From NCBI RefSeq assembly GCF_001194135.2, contig NC_068988.1, positions 89,494,022-89,558,021 on the forward strand: a stretch of 64,000 nucleotides of DNA, written 5' to 3'. Positions 1 to 12,790 of this stretch are shown here, piece after piece. How positions within the stretch are numbered: the stretch's first letter is position 1; every line of letters begins with the position of its first letter. The position numbers were made by a program, and so were the translations under genes. This stretch comes from Octopus bimaculoides. Taxonomy: Eukaryota. The notes below the pieces were generated by a model. The model saw only the letters and a program-made list of their open reading frames with translations. It was not told the DNA's origin and searched no databases.

Positions 1-489
1 GTGTGAAATAAGCTTAATTTCATAATGCTGCGTTGAACAGACGTATGAATATAAGAGGATGAAAGGAATATGTACAGGATTAATGCATTATATTACTAAA
101 TTATTTATTAAGTGTAATATAAACAGAAGGAAATGTTGTTAAATTCTGTACATTTTCCTTTAGCTTTATAATGATTCTCTGATAATCTTAAACAGAAGAC
201 CTTGTTTTGTGACCTGGTAGCTACGATAATAGCAATATTGTTGTGTGAAACAACTGAGGCCGATTTACTCTACAAGTCAGAAAATATCTGCTGTTATATC
301 ATTATTTCAATGAGAATGAAGAAATACAAAACACTACAGAGCCTTAATTATACATTTTAAGACCTCCAGCTGACGTCACGACTATGCGGGATTTTACAAA
401 TGATGATATGAAAAATCACCTTTACTCTGAAAGAGCGACTCTAGACACGAGTTCTCATTACTAACTCAAAATAGTACTCGCAATCGTCA

Positions 490-1757
490 TGTACCCCGGT
501 GTGCTACCGATTCTGGGAAATCGACTTCTTGATAAAACTAATAACTATTTCTGCTATAGGCAGAAAATTGAGCGAGGGCTTTAGTTGATTATATCAACCC
601 TAGTGCTCAACTGATACATTTGTATTGACCCCGAAATGTTGAAAGGCAAAGTCGGCCTAGGCAGCATTTGAAATGAGGTCGTAAACACGGAAGGAATGTC
701 ACTAAGCATTTAGTTCAGCGTTCTAACGATTCGTCCTGCTCCCTGCGTTAATAAAAATAATGATAATTCTTTCTTCTATAGGCATCAGGCTTGATATTTT
801 GTGGGAGTAGCCAACTGAATTACATCGACCTTACTACTAAACTGGTATTTATTTAATCTATCTCGAAATGATAAAAGGCAAAGCCAACCTCGGCTTCAGT
901 TGGATTCAGAACGTAAAGACGGACGGAATGCTGTTAAGTATTTAATCCGGTATCGTATCGATACTGATAGCTCGACTTCTTAATAATAATTCATTCTTCT
1001 GGAATAAGGAAGTCTGAAATTTGGGGAAGAGGGCAAGTCGATTACACCGTCGACATTGGCAGTATTCGAGCTCATAACGTAGCGACGGCCAAAATACCAC
1101 TAAGCATTGCATCCAATGTGCAAAATATTGTGCCAACTCGGCGCCTTCTTAATAATAATAATAATGATGATGATCCATTATAGGCAGAAACCCTGAAATT
1201 GTGGAAGAGGGGACAAAATCGATTAAATCAAGCCCAGTGTTACTTAATATATCGATCTCGAAAGGATGAAGGTAAAGTTACCCTCGGCGGAATTTGAACT
1301 CAAAACTTAGCGACACTCGAAATACCGCTAAGTATTTCACCCGGCGTGCTAACGATTCTGCCAGCTCACCGCCTGAAGAAGAAGAAGAAGAAGAAGAAGA
1401 AGAAGAAGAAGAAGAAGAAGAAGAAGAAGAAGAAGAAGAACAACAACAACAACAACAACAACAACAGCAACAACAACAACAACAACAACAACAATTCCTT
1501 CCCCTGTAGGTAGAAGGCCTGAAATTTGGGGGAGGGGACTAGTCTATTACATCAACCCGACTGATACTTAATTTATCGACACCCGAAAGAATGAAAGGCA
1601 AATCGACCGCGGCAGAATTTGAACTCAGAACGTAGCTATAATCGAATTACCGATTAGATTTTCGCCAGGCGTGCTAACGATTCTGCTAGCTCGCCGCCTT
1701 AATAATAACATTGATGATAATAACAATAACAATGATAATAATAATAATAATAATAAT
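490..1757 (-). mobile_element. Head-to-tail array of 5 near-complete plus 1 partial SINE-A copies (approx. 490-530, 548-748, 767-980, 991-1150, 1175-1374, 1494-1700)
   Basis: The same motifs recur on the minus strand: GAAAGGCAAAGTCGACCTCGGCGGAATTTGAACTCAGAAC (B-box-like GTTCAAATTCC on the sense strand) and CGGCGTGCTAACGATTCTGCCAGCTCGCCGCC (5' head). Copies are separated by (AAT)n or (GAA)n(CAA)n. Confidence 0.9.
1375..1493. repeat. Compound (GAA)n-(CAA)n microsatellite forming the tail of the SINE-A copy at 1494-1700
   Basis: Read directly; it produces the poly-E/poly-Q pseudo-ORF 1294..1509. Confidence 0.95.
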
Positions 1758-1958
1758 AGTTTATAATCATTACATAACACACGCATGTGTCTTAAATTGG
1801 CAATAAAATCTTTCGGTTATTTACTAGCGTTAGAATCAAACATTCGACGCATATATACGGTCTGAACGAAAGCCTCTCCCATTACACGCTCATACACGTA
1901 CTCACACACACTCATGGATGCATATGTACATACTTCTAACATGCTTACACAGACAGCA

Positions 1959-2098
<140 letters not shown>

Positions 2099-2612
2099 AT
2101 TGAATGTGACGTGGTCAGGAAACCTTATGTATATTGCATAATTATTTACTCAGCTTCGCTATAATTGGACTAATTAATGGCTTAATTAATGTGCTACTGT
2201 AATAACAATTATTAATTCTCATTAACGTTCTACATGAATATGTAAAGATGGCCAGATATGATGAGATTACATGGAATCTTGATCAGAATTAAAGACATAC
2301 CGTGGTGGAGATAAGAAAGAAATGATGATTTGTAGAGATATATTAGTGTTAGTTGGACAGAGATGATATAATGATGAAACAAATATTTGTCATAAATATA
2401 CATTACATATAATTTGCACAAATGTGTGTCTATAATTTGCCAGGTATAAAACCATAATATTACATCGCCCTTGCGTTAAGCGCGTGTATAGTTCATTATA
2501 TGTATGACATATGTAAGGTAAACGGAAATTACAGATCATAACTTCAAAGTTTCCTGTGAAGAAATTTATAAGCGAATGTATTAAATAACTAATTACAGAA
2601 GGTGTGATGGTG

Positions 2613-2830
2613 TCGAGATAGCAGAACCGTTAGCTCGTCAAACAAAATGCCTAGCTGCGTTTCTTCCGACTGGTAATGTTCTGAGTTGAAATACTGCCGA
2701 GGTCGACTTAGCCTTTCAAATAATCGGAGTCGATGAAATAATCAGCAGTCGGAAACTGGGGTCGATGTAATCAACCGTCTTCTTTTTCTCTTAAAACTGC
2801 TGAACTTGTGCCAAAATAAATAAAAGAACT
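2613..2830 (+). mobile_element. SINE-A, diverged copy
   Basis: GCAGAACCGTTAGC...GTTCTGAGTTGAAATACTGCCGAGGTCGACTTAGCCTTTCA...CTGGGGTCGATGTAATC matches the other in-window SINE-A copies. Confidence 0.85.
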
Positions 2831-4234
2831 ATATAGGGTGAGGCCAAAATATTTCTCACATTTAACATGTTGAGACATGTTTCAACAGCAAATGCATATT
2901 TTGTATCTATTCAAATCCCGATGGTGTCTAGAAAGTATTGGGTGGTCGTTAGAAAAGAGGAACATTTGAAGGCAAAACTAACAAGCATAAATTAGATCAT
3001 CAATAAAATCTGTGATAGGTGGTTTCTGATTCGTTGTTTCTGTTATTGAATGAGCGTGTAATGAGAACAAGTGAAATTGTTTATTGTTTACCTCAAATAA
3101 ATCTTGTGGAAATATTGTGTATGGTTTACTTCCAATAGATCTAGTGAAAATATAAAACGGCAATTAACGAATTTTTAGCTTTTCTGGTAACCCCTAGTAT
3201 CGTAATTTCATGCTTAATTTTATAATCGCCACAGAAATGGCCATGTAAAAATGGGTAGTTCTTGGTTTTGCTGCCGCACATTATATAAACAGTTTCATAC
3301 GAAATTTATATATACGTTAGAGGCAGTATGAACGAATGTTTAAGAAGTGACCTTCATAGCAACAAGATCTTGGATTTGTTCCACTGCGTTGCAAATTGAT
3401 CAAGAATTATTTTCTATAACCTTGACAAAACCTTTACGTTGTGGGTGAACTGTATAGACAAAAATTGCACTGTATGTCATTAGATAGATTTTGACTATAA
3501 ATAAATGATACAACCTTGCGAAAATCTGTATGTGGTTGATTTTGTTTAAGAATTAGATTACGGGTACATGTGTTTGTGGAATGATTCCCCCACACCCACA
3601 CACACCGCCGCTTATAGGCTACTGCTACAAGTAGTAAATTCAGTTGATAGGACATCTGAATAACCATTGTCGAACAATGGAGATCCATCAGTCAACAATA
3701 TGTTATATATATGACAAACACCGGCATATATAATTATTCAATCTCATTTTATCTCTAATACATTTGTCGCAATTATATATCTCCTAGGTTACACTACGTT
3801 TAGTTTCTCGTTAACTCTAATCAAACTTGGAAATAATTGCACCATTTTTAGTCATCTTTATACATTCATGTACAACGCTATTAAGTATTAATCATTGTTA
3901 TCATAGCTATACTTTAATTAAACCTTTAATTAAACCATTAATTGTATGTAACCTCGCAAAATAATTATTCAATACGTGTAATATTTCCTAGACACATCAC
4001 ATTTAATGTGCGTCGATGTGTATGTGCGTTTGTGTAGAAGAGAGGCAGAGCAGGAGGTAAGAGAGGAGGAGTGAGAGTGTATGAGCGGGGTGGTGGATGT
4101 TATTTCTATTCGTTAACTCTACGATGCTAACCGACGAAAGGAATAACTGAAATATTTTATCACCAACATTAGAGACAAGACTAGACAATGTGATTGCTAT
4201 ACAAGGCGTGATTTAGTATTCATAAACAATGTTT

Positions 4235-4460
4235 TATTATTGGATGAGTAGAATTGTGAGTGTGCCGAAGAAAATGTCGTGCAGCATTGTATCGGATTTG
4301 GTACGTCCTGAGTTCAAATATCGCCGAGGACATCTATGTTTTACTGCTCTCAAAAATTGCTAAAGTAAAAGTATCAATTAAGTATTACGTTCAGGTTTAT
4401 TCAGAAAACACTCTTCTCAAATTTTTGGTGGTCGGTCAATGAGCGAAATTAGAAATTATT
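4235..4460 (+). mobile_element. SINE-A, highly degenerate
   Basis: ACGTCCTGAGTTCAAATATCGCCGAGG core followed by a decaying ATT tail. Confidence 0.6.
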
Positions 4461-4869
4461 ATTGCTTTTGCTGTTGTTTTTGTTCTTGGACAGACATGAT
4501 TTCGAAACTCGTGAGTTATTTAATGTTGATTCTGTTGCTTTCAACAACTTTCTTTTATATTTTTGCCCCTTTGCGGAGGAATGTGTGTGTTCTACAGTCC
4601 ACTCATAAACAAGAAATCAAAGTATTGTATCGACTTTCACCAGCAACCGGAAAAACACCTTTAACTTCAAGAACAACAACAGCAACTTGAAATGCGGAAC
4701 TTACAACAAAAACAGCAACAGTAACAATGCATGCAACAGAAGATACACTACAGCTACGGACCCCAACATTGCAGACAACAGCAAGAGTCCTGCACCTCAT
4801 TCACAAAAATATCAAGGATGGTGTATTTACAAAATTAATGGAGCGCCGACAAAGTATCTTATGGTATTT

Positions 4870-5245
4870 GTTCTTACAATTTAAGTTTAAATCCCGCCGT
4901 CAAAGTTGACTTTCATAATTTAGGTGCTGATAAAACGATCTAACAAGCAATTCCTGCAGTCGATAGTATTGTCTACTGGTCTCCCCCAGAAATGCTGGCC
5001 AACGTTTGAAACCACGACGGGAACGAGGTAGAATTGTTTCAACGTCTAAAAGTACCTTGCGGCATTCCTTTCGTTTTATTATGTTCTTAGTTCAAATTCC
5101 ACCGTAGACGGCTTTGATTTTAAACCCTCGGGGCTCGCGAAAATGTAGTACCTGTCAAATAACGGGGATTGATACTATCAAACAGCCCATTCCGCTCGAA
5201 GTTTCTAGTCTTCTTCAAAAATTTTAGGCTATTATTATTATTAGG
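4870..5245 (+). mobile_element. Two tandem degenerate SINE-A copies
   Basis: AAGTTTAAATCCCGCCGTCAAAGTTGACTTTCAT and GTTCTTAGTTCAAATTCCACCGTAGACGGCTTTG cores; (ATT)n tail near 5230. Confidence 0.55.
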
Positions 5246-6784
5246 ATTAAAAGAAAAAATAAGATAGATTTCTTGAAATGCAACTATAGTTATATAATTC
5301 TGCTTTGAATTTTAACTTGCTGAGGTAAGTAAAATAAGGCATATATTGCCTTCTGAAATCGTTTGTAATGCACCTCAAATTATTTGCTCATATGAGTAGT
5401 CGTTAAACATCCGCATTACAGCTTGTGGTTGGCAAAAGTAATGCTTTTGCAAATCCAATAGGTAGCTCGTTCAAAGCCAACAAGAAGTGTTTACGAAAGA
5501 ATATATCGATATCGTTAATATTTAAAAAATATAGACAAATTGTTTCACGAACGTAATATATTTGAACTGTGCCGTTTGTGCAAGCGTGTCGTTAAAATTG
5601 TTTACATTATTTCCCAACAAAATGCATATTCTTTTTACCTTTCCGTCATTGAAATGGAATTATATATGTTTACTCAATTGAAAGCAATGCAAACTCGAAG
5701 CTTAAAGTGGATAGTATTTGGAGATCGATGAACGAAGAAAACATATTTTTTTACCACGGAATATATCTACACAAGATAAATCATTAAGATACCTCCATTA
5801 AGTTTTCAAACAGCAATTCAGTTTCCATATAACCGCAAAGTAATATTTAGTAGAGCCTTAACCGACATGCGGCTCTGTTTTGTAATTTTCCTTCCTACAT
5901 ACTTTTATGTAATCTCACACTATCATCTTGTACCATTCCCAACATACATTATATAGCAAACACTTTTACCGCCTGTCCAGGATTGTGCCATTTGGCCAAA
6001 TATTCACTGTTAATCAGGAACGAGCGGCATCAGATGCAGTCTAATAACTCCTTGTGGAAATCCCGTGAAGCCTGACATGTTGAGTTCAATAGTCTGTTAT
6101 AGACTTCAAGTGCATGGATTGTTTTCCTGCAATTCTTTTGTTGTCCCATTTGTCGATTAAAAAACATTCGTAATGGAGCAAAACTTAACTGCGGAATCGA
6201 AACGGAATTTTCCTTCGAACTGCTGTATCCGAGTCTCCTTGTCCCGAACTAATTTTGGAAGGCACCAGTGAGCCTGTAGTTGATATGAACAGATTTTCGT
6301 ACAAAGCCACTTCCTGCGAGCTATACTATTACAAAAACCAACACCACTACATTCGAAGAAACCATCCTCACCCACTCGGAATGACAATGGAAACATAGAT
6401 CAAAATCCCTGAAATATTTTGGTGTTGCTAAGCATATGTCGTCGGATGGTCGTAACATAATCACAGCAACACAGTGTTAACCGATGTAAAACAAGTCATG
6501 CGAACTTTTCGATCTTGCACCTATCTTTGTGCATCTTATCTAAGCTCGTCCATTCATCAGCTTAGCTATCATTAGATAGTGAGTGGCAATAGTATCTGAG
6601 AAGGACGGAGGAAATAATAAATTCTGAATGAATAATGTATGTACATGTATATATGTGCGCGTATATATATNNNNNNNNNNNNNNNNNNNNNNNNNNNNNN
6701 NNNNNNNNNNNNNNNNNNNNNNNNNNNNNNNNNNNNNNNNNNNNNNNNNNNNNNNNNNNNNNNNNNNNNNNNNNNNNNNNNNNN

Positions 6785-6824
<40 letters not shown>

Positions 6825-7049
6825 TATAAGCGCGTATGTGTGTGTATGTGTGCAGAAATAGATATGGAGAGAGAGAGAAGGAGAGAGAGAGAGGAGAGAG
6901 TACGTTGTTGCTCTGATCGGTCTTTGAATATGCATACTGCCTAACACCTTTAATAAAAATATATGTAGTTTTTCGGTTGCCAGAGCAACTAGCCTCTTCA
7001 GTGGCAAGAGAACAAAAAGCAGGAAGATGTGGGAAGAGGAAGAAAACCA

Positions 7050-7092
<43 letters not shown>

Positions 7093-7600
7093 TGCACAAA
7101 TAAGATTAACAACTACAAAATAATAACAGCTAGAGAAGATCAATACGAATAGCAATAACAGAGAGAAATTCTAAACAAAAATCAACAAAATCAGTAGGAT
7201 CAAAGACATATACTTTATTAGCCACAGGTAAAACAACTGCAATTGTAACACTGTACAGATGATGATGGCGGTGTTCGTGGTGGGGACGAGCAGGTCCTTG
7301 TCGTTTAACCCCAGGTGAAACTCTGATTCAGCACATCTATGATAAAAGACATTCTCACAATGATCGAGTAATTTTTTTTTTCTTTTTTGTGCAGTTCTAT
7401 CATGTCTTCGGCATTATGTTGTAATATTCCCTTGTGTTTGAGTGTTCGTTTACTACCTTTCCCCAATCCAAGGTTCGACATAGCCCTCCATATCCTACAC
7501 CATTTTCCGTCCTCTCTCCTCACTTTATAGTGTCATTTCAATTGCTTCATTATATACTCGCCTATGACTAGAGGCAACAACACCCCTCCCTCTCTCTCTT

Positions 7601-7643
<43 letters not shown>

Positions 7644-7752
7644 NNNNNNNNNNNNNNNNNNNNNNNNNNNNNNNNNNNNNNNNNNNNNNNNNNNNNNNNN
7701 NNNNNNNNNNNNNNNNNNNNNNNNNNNNNNNNNNNNNNNNNNNNNNNNNNNN

Positions 7753-7783
<31 letters not shown>

Positions 7784-7824
7784 GTCTCTCTTACTCTCTA
7801 TCATTCTCTTGCCTCTGTTACACA

Positions 7825-7879
7825 AGCGTAGCTAGAGTGTGTGCCGCCCGGGGCGGACAGTATCCCTCCGAGCTACGCT
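7825..7879. mobile_element. 55-bp palindromic mini-MITE (TIR AGCGTAGCT/AGCTACGCT)
   Basis: Perfect 9-bp terminal inverted repeat and an internal CCGCCC/GGGCGG hairpin. The left end matches the longer element at 11795. Confidence 0.6.
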
Positions 7880-9254
7880 AGCGCTCTGTTATTCACTGTC
7901 TTCCTCATAAATCAGAAGAACGATGAGGACCTACGATCCTATATGCAATTCACACACCTCTGCAATGCTATTAATATTCCAATACCACTCTATGGAAGCA
8001 CTGGTCCTTATGGCGGCAATAAGTAGTTTATTCAGATTACAGAATTTAGCATGCATAATGTGGGGTTTCTTTCCCATTACAAGACAAAAAACTGTGATGA
8101 AGAATTTGTATCTTACTTCTTGAAGATCGAGTGATTGCACGACTCGATACGTTGATAGTGTCTTTGTTGATGTTCTTGCTATTGGTGGTGAGAATAACAG
8201 TGGTAATAGAAATGATGCTGATAATGATCATATGGAAAGTGATGGAGATTGTATTGATGAATAACAGGATCATTATTTTAACGGCGCCGATAATGATGGT
8301 GATGATAACGGTGACGATGACAGCGTCTAAATAGAAGAACTGGAATAGAAAGTCTAAGAAATTGACAACAGCAACTAAAACGAAGAGGAATAGGAAAAAC
8401 AAATGTAGCAACAGGAGGGCGCCAATAACAGACGTACCAACAACGGCTTAACGTTAATAACAAATATATTGAGTGAGAATTATTATTCGTTTCTCCCGAA
8501 AGATATGTTTTAATTAGCTTCTGTCTAATTATTTTAATTATTTCAATATTATGTGATGCTTCGATATATGCTAGTTGCTATTCTTTAGTTACGGTTTCAT
8601 TTCGGATAACTTCCTCCCTATCTTTCAAATTTGTCTATCAACACATGGCATCACATATATTAATTAGTATGCTGTGTTTCACTAGTATTACAGTTAACGT
8701 GGACTAATGAAGTAATTGTCTCCTTACTTCCAGGAAACCCTGCTATCTGTATGACTCACATCCCTCTATTTCTTATTGCTGTCTGTATTTAGCGTATACA
8801 CGTATACAGTGACACGTTCAGCCAAGTATCCATTGCTGTTGTCAAGTAAAAATGAACTGATTTTATTTTCCCCCGAAATAGCAGACAATCGGATACATAT
8901 CACTCACTTATTGAGATGCTCAGATAAGCTGTATATTATTTTGGGGAAAAAATTTCCAATTTGTTTCTTATATTTCAGTAAATAATATGTACCGAGACAT
9001 TCACAGAACGTAATTTGAAATAAATCCAGGAGATCCTAACCACTAGGCATCATGGCAAGACGAGATGACTAACAGTATTTTGCGATGGTATTTAAGATGT
9101 TCTTTACAGTAATATTTTCAAAGGAATTACTGAGAACAAAATTCTACTAAATCATTCTAATTTAGAAAATGCATTAACTTTCTCTGTATCATTTCTTACA
9201 TATGTGATAGCATCTATTGAATCATCTTTTTACAAACTGTCTTTACAATTCTGT

Positions 9255-9490
9255 GGAGGCAGGTGGCTTATGGTAAGGTGTTGGACTCACATTCGTAAGA
9301 TCGTTGTTTCGAATCCTGAACCGGACAATGTATTGCATTATTGTACAACTCACTCCATTTCGCCTAGCTGGCAAAAGTGAGAAATCCTGCGACGGACCGG
9401 CGTCCCGTTCAGGTGGGTAAAATATTCACCATGGAAACGGAGAAAGAGGCCCTATGATTTTATATGATTCGAGAAGCAACTTTACTTAAT
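9255..9490 (+). mobile_element. tRNA-derived SINE (SINE-B-related head, different 3' part)
   Basis: A-box-like TGGCTTATGGT and B-box-like TTTCGAATCC. The internal CCTGCGACGGACCGGCGTCCCGT motif is shared with the copy at 53945-53970. Confidence 0.75.
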
Positions 9491-9529
9491 TTAATAGTGG
9501 TGATAGCGGTGATGGTGACGGTGGTGGGT

Positions 9530-9920
9530 GGAGGTGCAATGGCCCAGTGGTTAGGACAGTGGTCTCGCGGCCATAGGATCGCGGTTTCGATTCTCAGACC
9601 GGGCGTTGTGAGTGTTTATTGAGCAAAAACACCTAAAATCTCCACGAGGCTCCGGCAGGGAATGGTGGTGAACCCTGCTGTACTCTTTCACCACGACTTT
9701 CTCTCACTCTTATTTCCTGTTTCTGTTGTGCCTGTAATTCAAAGAGTCAGACTTGTCACACTGTGTCACGCTGAATATCCCCGAGAACTACGTTAAGGGT
9801 ACATGTGTCTGTGGAGTGCTCAGCCACTTGCACGTTAATTTCACGAGCAGGCTGTTCCGTTGATCGGATCAACTGGAACCCTCGACGTTGTAAGCGACGG
9901 AGTGCCAACAACCAACAACC
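9530..9920 (+). mobile_element. Full-length tRNA-derived SINE-B
   Basis: tRNA-like head GGAGGTGCAATGGCCCAGTGGTTAGG...GGTTTCGATTCTC, a ~380-bp body and a (CAA)-type tail. Confidence 0.85.
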
Positions 9921-9924
9921 TATT

Positions 9925-11560
9925 CGGTGACGGTGGTAGTCGTGGTGGTGGTGGGGGGGGGGCGGNNNNNNNNNNNNNNNNNNNNNNNNNNNNNNNNNNN
10001 NNNNGTTGGTGGTGGTAATAGTGGTGAAAGAAATAGGGATATATAAGGAAGTTTGTACTTGTAGCGAAGCTGGTAGCCGTAATAGCGATGGAGATGTTAA
10101 AATTCGCGGAGGTGGTGGATGCGACGATGCTGTTGTTGATGATTACAGAGATGCTGATGATGATGATGGTGACAGTGGTGTCGTCGATGGTGATGAAGGA
10201 AGCTGCTGTAATAGTGTCGTGTTAGCCGTGATGGGGAAGGTAAAGGTGACGGTGATATCCGAGGAGGGTTGTTGGAATAGATTTGATGGAGACGATGGAG
10301 TCGGTAATTTCTTTTGATCTCTGTAGATTAAGTAGATCACGTGATAACTTACAATTGATAGTTCGACAAACTTCAAAGGAAACCAATTCTAAAGATAAGT
10401 CTTTGTCTCTAGCTTACATTTTATACGGGTGATTTGCATGTCTCACAGTAGTAGCAGTGAAAGTAGTTCTACACAAAGGTGGTGGTGGTGGTGGTGGTGG
10501 TGGTGGTGGTGGTTTTGGTGGTGTTGGTGGTTGCTAGTAGATATGGTGGCTGGCATAAGCTGTGGTTGTTGGTGATATTGGTGGAGATAGTATTCGAGAT
10601 GGCGATGGCGGTGGTTGATTTAGTGGTGGTAGCCGTGGTGACCGTTGTGGTTAATGGTTAGTGGTTATTTGTAGTGGTTAGTAGTAGTAGAGACGGTTAT
10701 TGTTTGTAGTGGTGGTGGGCAGTGGCCTAAGTAGTAATGGCTACCGGTGGTGGTGGTGATGGTGTTCTTCGAAGAGGTTATTGGTACTAAGTGCGGTTGT
10801 TGATGATAGTGGTGTTAGTAGTAGTGGTGATAGCTGAGGCGGTGGTGTATTTTTGTAGCGGTTGGAGTGGTGATAGTATTGGTAATAGTTGTGGTGATTG
10901 TGGTTGGTCGTAGCGGAGATGGTTATTATTGTTAATGCTGGCTGATAGTCGTGGAAGGGGTAACAGCTATTGGGTGGCTGTCGTGGTGATGGTGGCGGTC
11001 GTTGTAGCAGTGGTGGCGGTGGGGTGGCGACGGTGGAGGCGGCACGGTGCCGGCACGGTGCCGGCCGCGATGGTGGGGAAGTGAAGAGAGGAGTATTTTT
11101 AGTGGTGGCGATGGTTTTCGCTACTAACAGAGGTCGAGGGTGCACTGGTGGTAGCGGTAATAAAAAAAGACAAAACAAATATGTTGCTTTGCTGTTGTAA
11201 TTAGTGGAGTTGATGACTGACTTGGTCGTCATCGTAGCCAGTCCACTGTTGGAGGTGCCGCTGGCGTTGGGGATGCGTATTGCGGTCACGATTGTACGTA
11301 GTGTGATGTTCTTAGTATGCTGACATGCGAGATATTTGGCCGAAGCGGCGGCGGTGGTGACAATTGTGCTGATGTTGCTAATGATGATGATGTTAGTGAT
11401 GGATACTGCAGTATTCGTGTCAAGTAGCGGTGCTGTTGCTCATTGAAATGGTAGCGGTGGAAGCGAGGTGGGGTGGCGACGGTAGTGGTTGTTGTACTAC
11501 TACAACTAAAGGTTGGAACTGATGTATAATGATGTAGCTTATAGGTATTGTCTTAAGATT
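9925..11560. repeat. Long decayed (GGT/GAT/AGT)n low-complexity tract
   Basis: Strong G/T strand skew and cryptic trinucleotide periodicity. ORFs here are poly-V/poly-T/poly-P artefacts. Confidence 0.85.
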
Positions 11561-11794
11561 AAGCTGGTGAATGCTATTGATTGATAATAATGCTGAATCA
11601 TGAAGTGCCTTCATCAGCCTGATCGATCAGAGATATGGCACGTAGGTTATTAGTCGAGTGGCTAGGTGCAAATTACACACTGGTTCATATTCACTGTGAC
11701 AGCGGGTCTTCACCTAACTGAAGACAACACTATTCATTCTGATATCCTGTTATTAATCGTATGGTGTTCGTTGCGAAAGATAGATGATGTCACT

Positions 11795-12013
11795 AGCGTA
11801 GTTAGAGTGTGTGCCACCTATGGTGGGCCTTCAGTTTGTCGCCCACATGCCCCCACAAAAAATAGATATTACCTACAACAGACCGAAAAGTATTACTACC
11901 CCCGTGCCACCACATTAAAATACATGTTGCCTACAGCAGACTGAAATGTAGTGCTGCCCCTATATAAGTGACACCCGGTGCGTTCCGCCCCTGAGCCCCT
12001 CTCTAGCTATGCT
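11795..12013. mobile_element. ~219-bp MITE with TIR AGCGTAG(T/C)TAGAG
   Basis: Left end AGCGTAGTTAGAGTGTGTGCC, right end CTCTAGCTATGCT. The left end is nearly identical to 7825-7845. Confidence 0.6.
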
Positions 12014-12258
12014 AGGGGGTGATGCACTGTCTGTTACTAAGTCTATTTCTGTACGACAGACTGACACAGAAGACGGGATAAATGAAATCTGGAAGAGAGC
12101 ACTAATTGTCTTAGATACTACAAAATTTCGATGAATATTTGTGGATTTATCTGCATTGAATTGGACTTCAGTTCTTATTTCTCGAAGAAGAAACAGCTGC
12201 AAAATGGAACTATAGCCGCTAAACATTTCCATGAAGAATATGTAGTGGTTAGAAAAGT

Positions 12259-12466
12259 GGCTAGCTTGGCAGAAACGTTAGCATGACGGGCTTAGCGGTA
12301 TTTCGTCTGTCTTTACGTTCTGATTTCAAATTCCTCCAAGGTTGACTTTGCTTTCCATCCTTTCGGGGTCGATAAATTAAGTGCCAGTTGCGTACTAGTG
12401 TCGATCTAATTGACTGGCTCCCTCCCTCAAAATTTCGGGCCTTGTGCTTCAAGTAGAAAAGAATAT
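12259..12466 (+). mobile_element. SINE-A, near full length
   Basis: High similarity to the copy at 39604-39820 across its length. Confidence 0.92.
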
Positions 12467-12467
12467 A

Positions 12468-12790
12468 CAGTGGTTAGAGTGTTGCACGTGGTTTCGGGTT
12501 TAATTGCTCTGCGTACAACCTTGCACAACAATCTTCTGTTTCAGCACCGAACCGACCAATGCATCATGAATGAATGCGGTGGACAGAAACTGTGTGGAAG
12601 TCCGTCGCAGATATATGTGTAAGTGAATGTGTGTATGTGAGTGTGTGTATGTGAGTGTGTATGTGAGTGTGTGTTTGTGTTTATCCTTTCTCACATAGCA
12701 ACCACTATTCATTTGTCATTTACGTCCCTGTAAGTTAGCGGTTCGGCACATAAGATCGACAGAATACATATCAGACTTTACGATTAAATA
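12468..12790 (+). mobile_element. SINE-C, degenerate, with internal (TG)-rich microsatellite
   Basis: GGACAGAAACTGTGTGGAAGTCCGTCG, then a TG-rich tract, then TTTACGTCCCTGTAAGTTAGCGGTTCGGCA; the same layout as 16627-17280. Confidence 0.7.

Noticed and set aside
1294-1509. Poly-E/poly-Q ORF resembling a low-complexity protein
   Set aside because: It is a SINE-A head read antisense plus its neighbour's (GAA)n(CAA)n tail.
6189-6398. Stop-free ~70-codon stretch on the plus strand, overlapping the 79-aa minus ORF 6157..6396
   Set aside because: No recognisable domain and no convincing splice sites, so it cannot be supported as an exon without RNA or homology data.
6540-6575. Minus-strand CTGATGA inside a CTAAGCT/AGCTTAG hairpin
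   Set aside because: There is no GAAA box or stem II, so it is not a hammerhead.
9530-9610. tRNA-like sequences (also at 9255, 17760, 42213 and 53760)
   Set aside because: These are SINE heads with A/B boxes continuing into SINE bodies; no complete cloverleaf was found.
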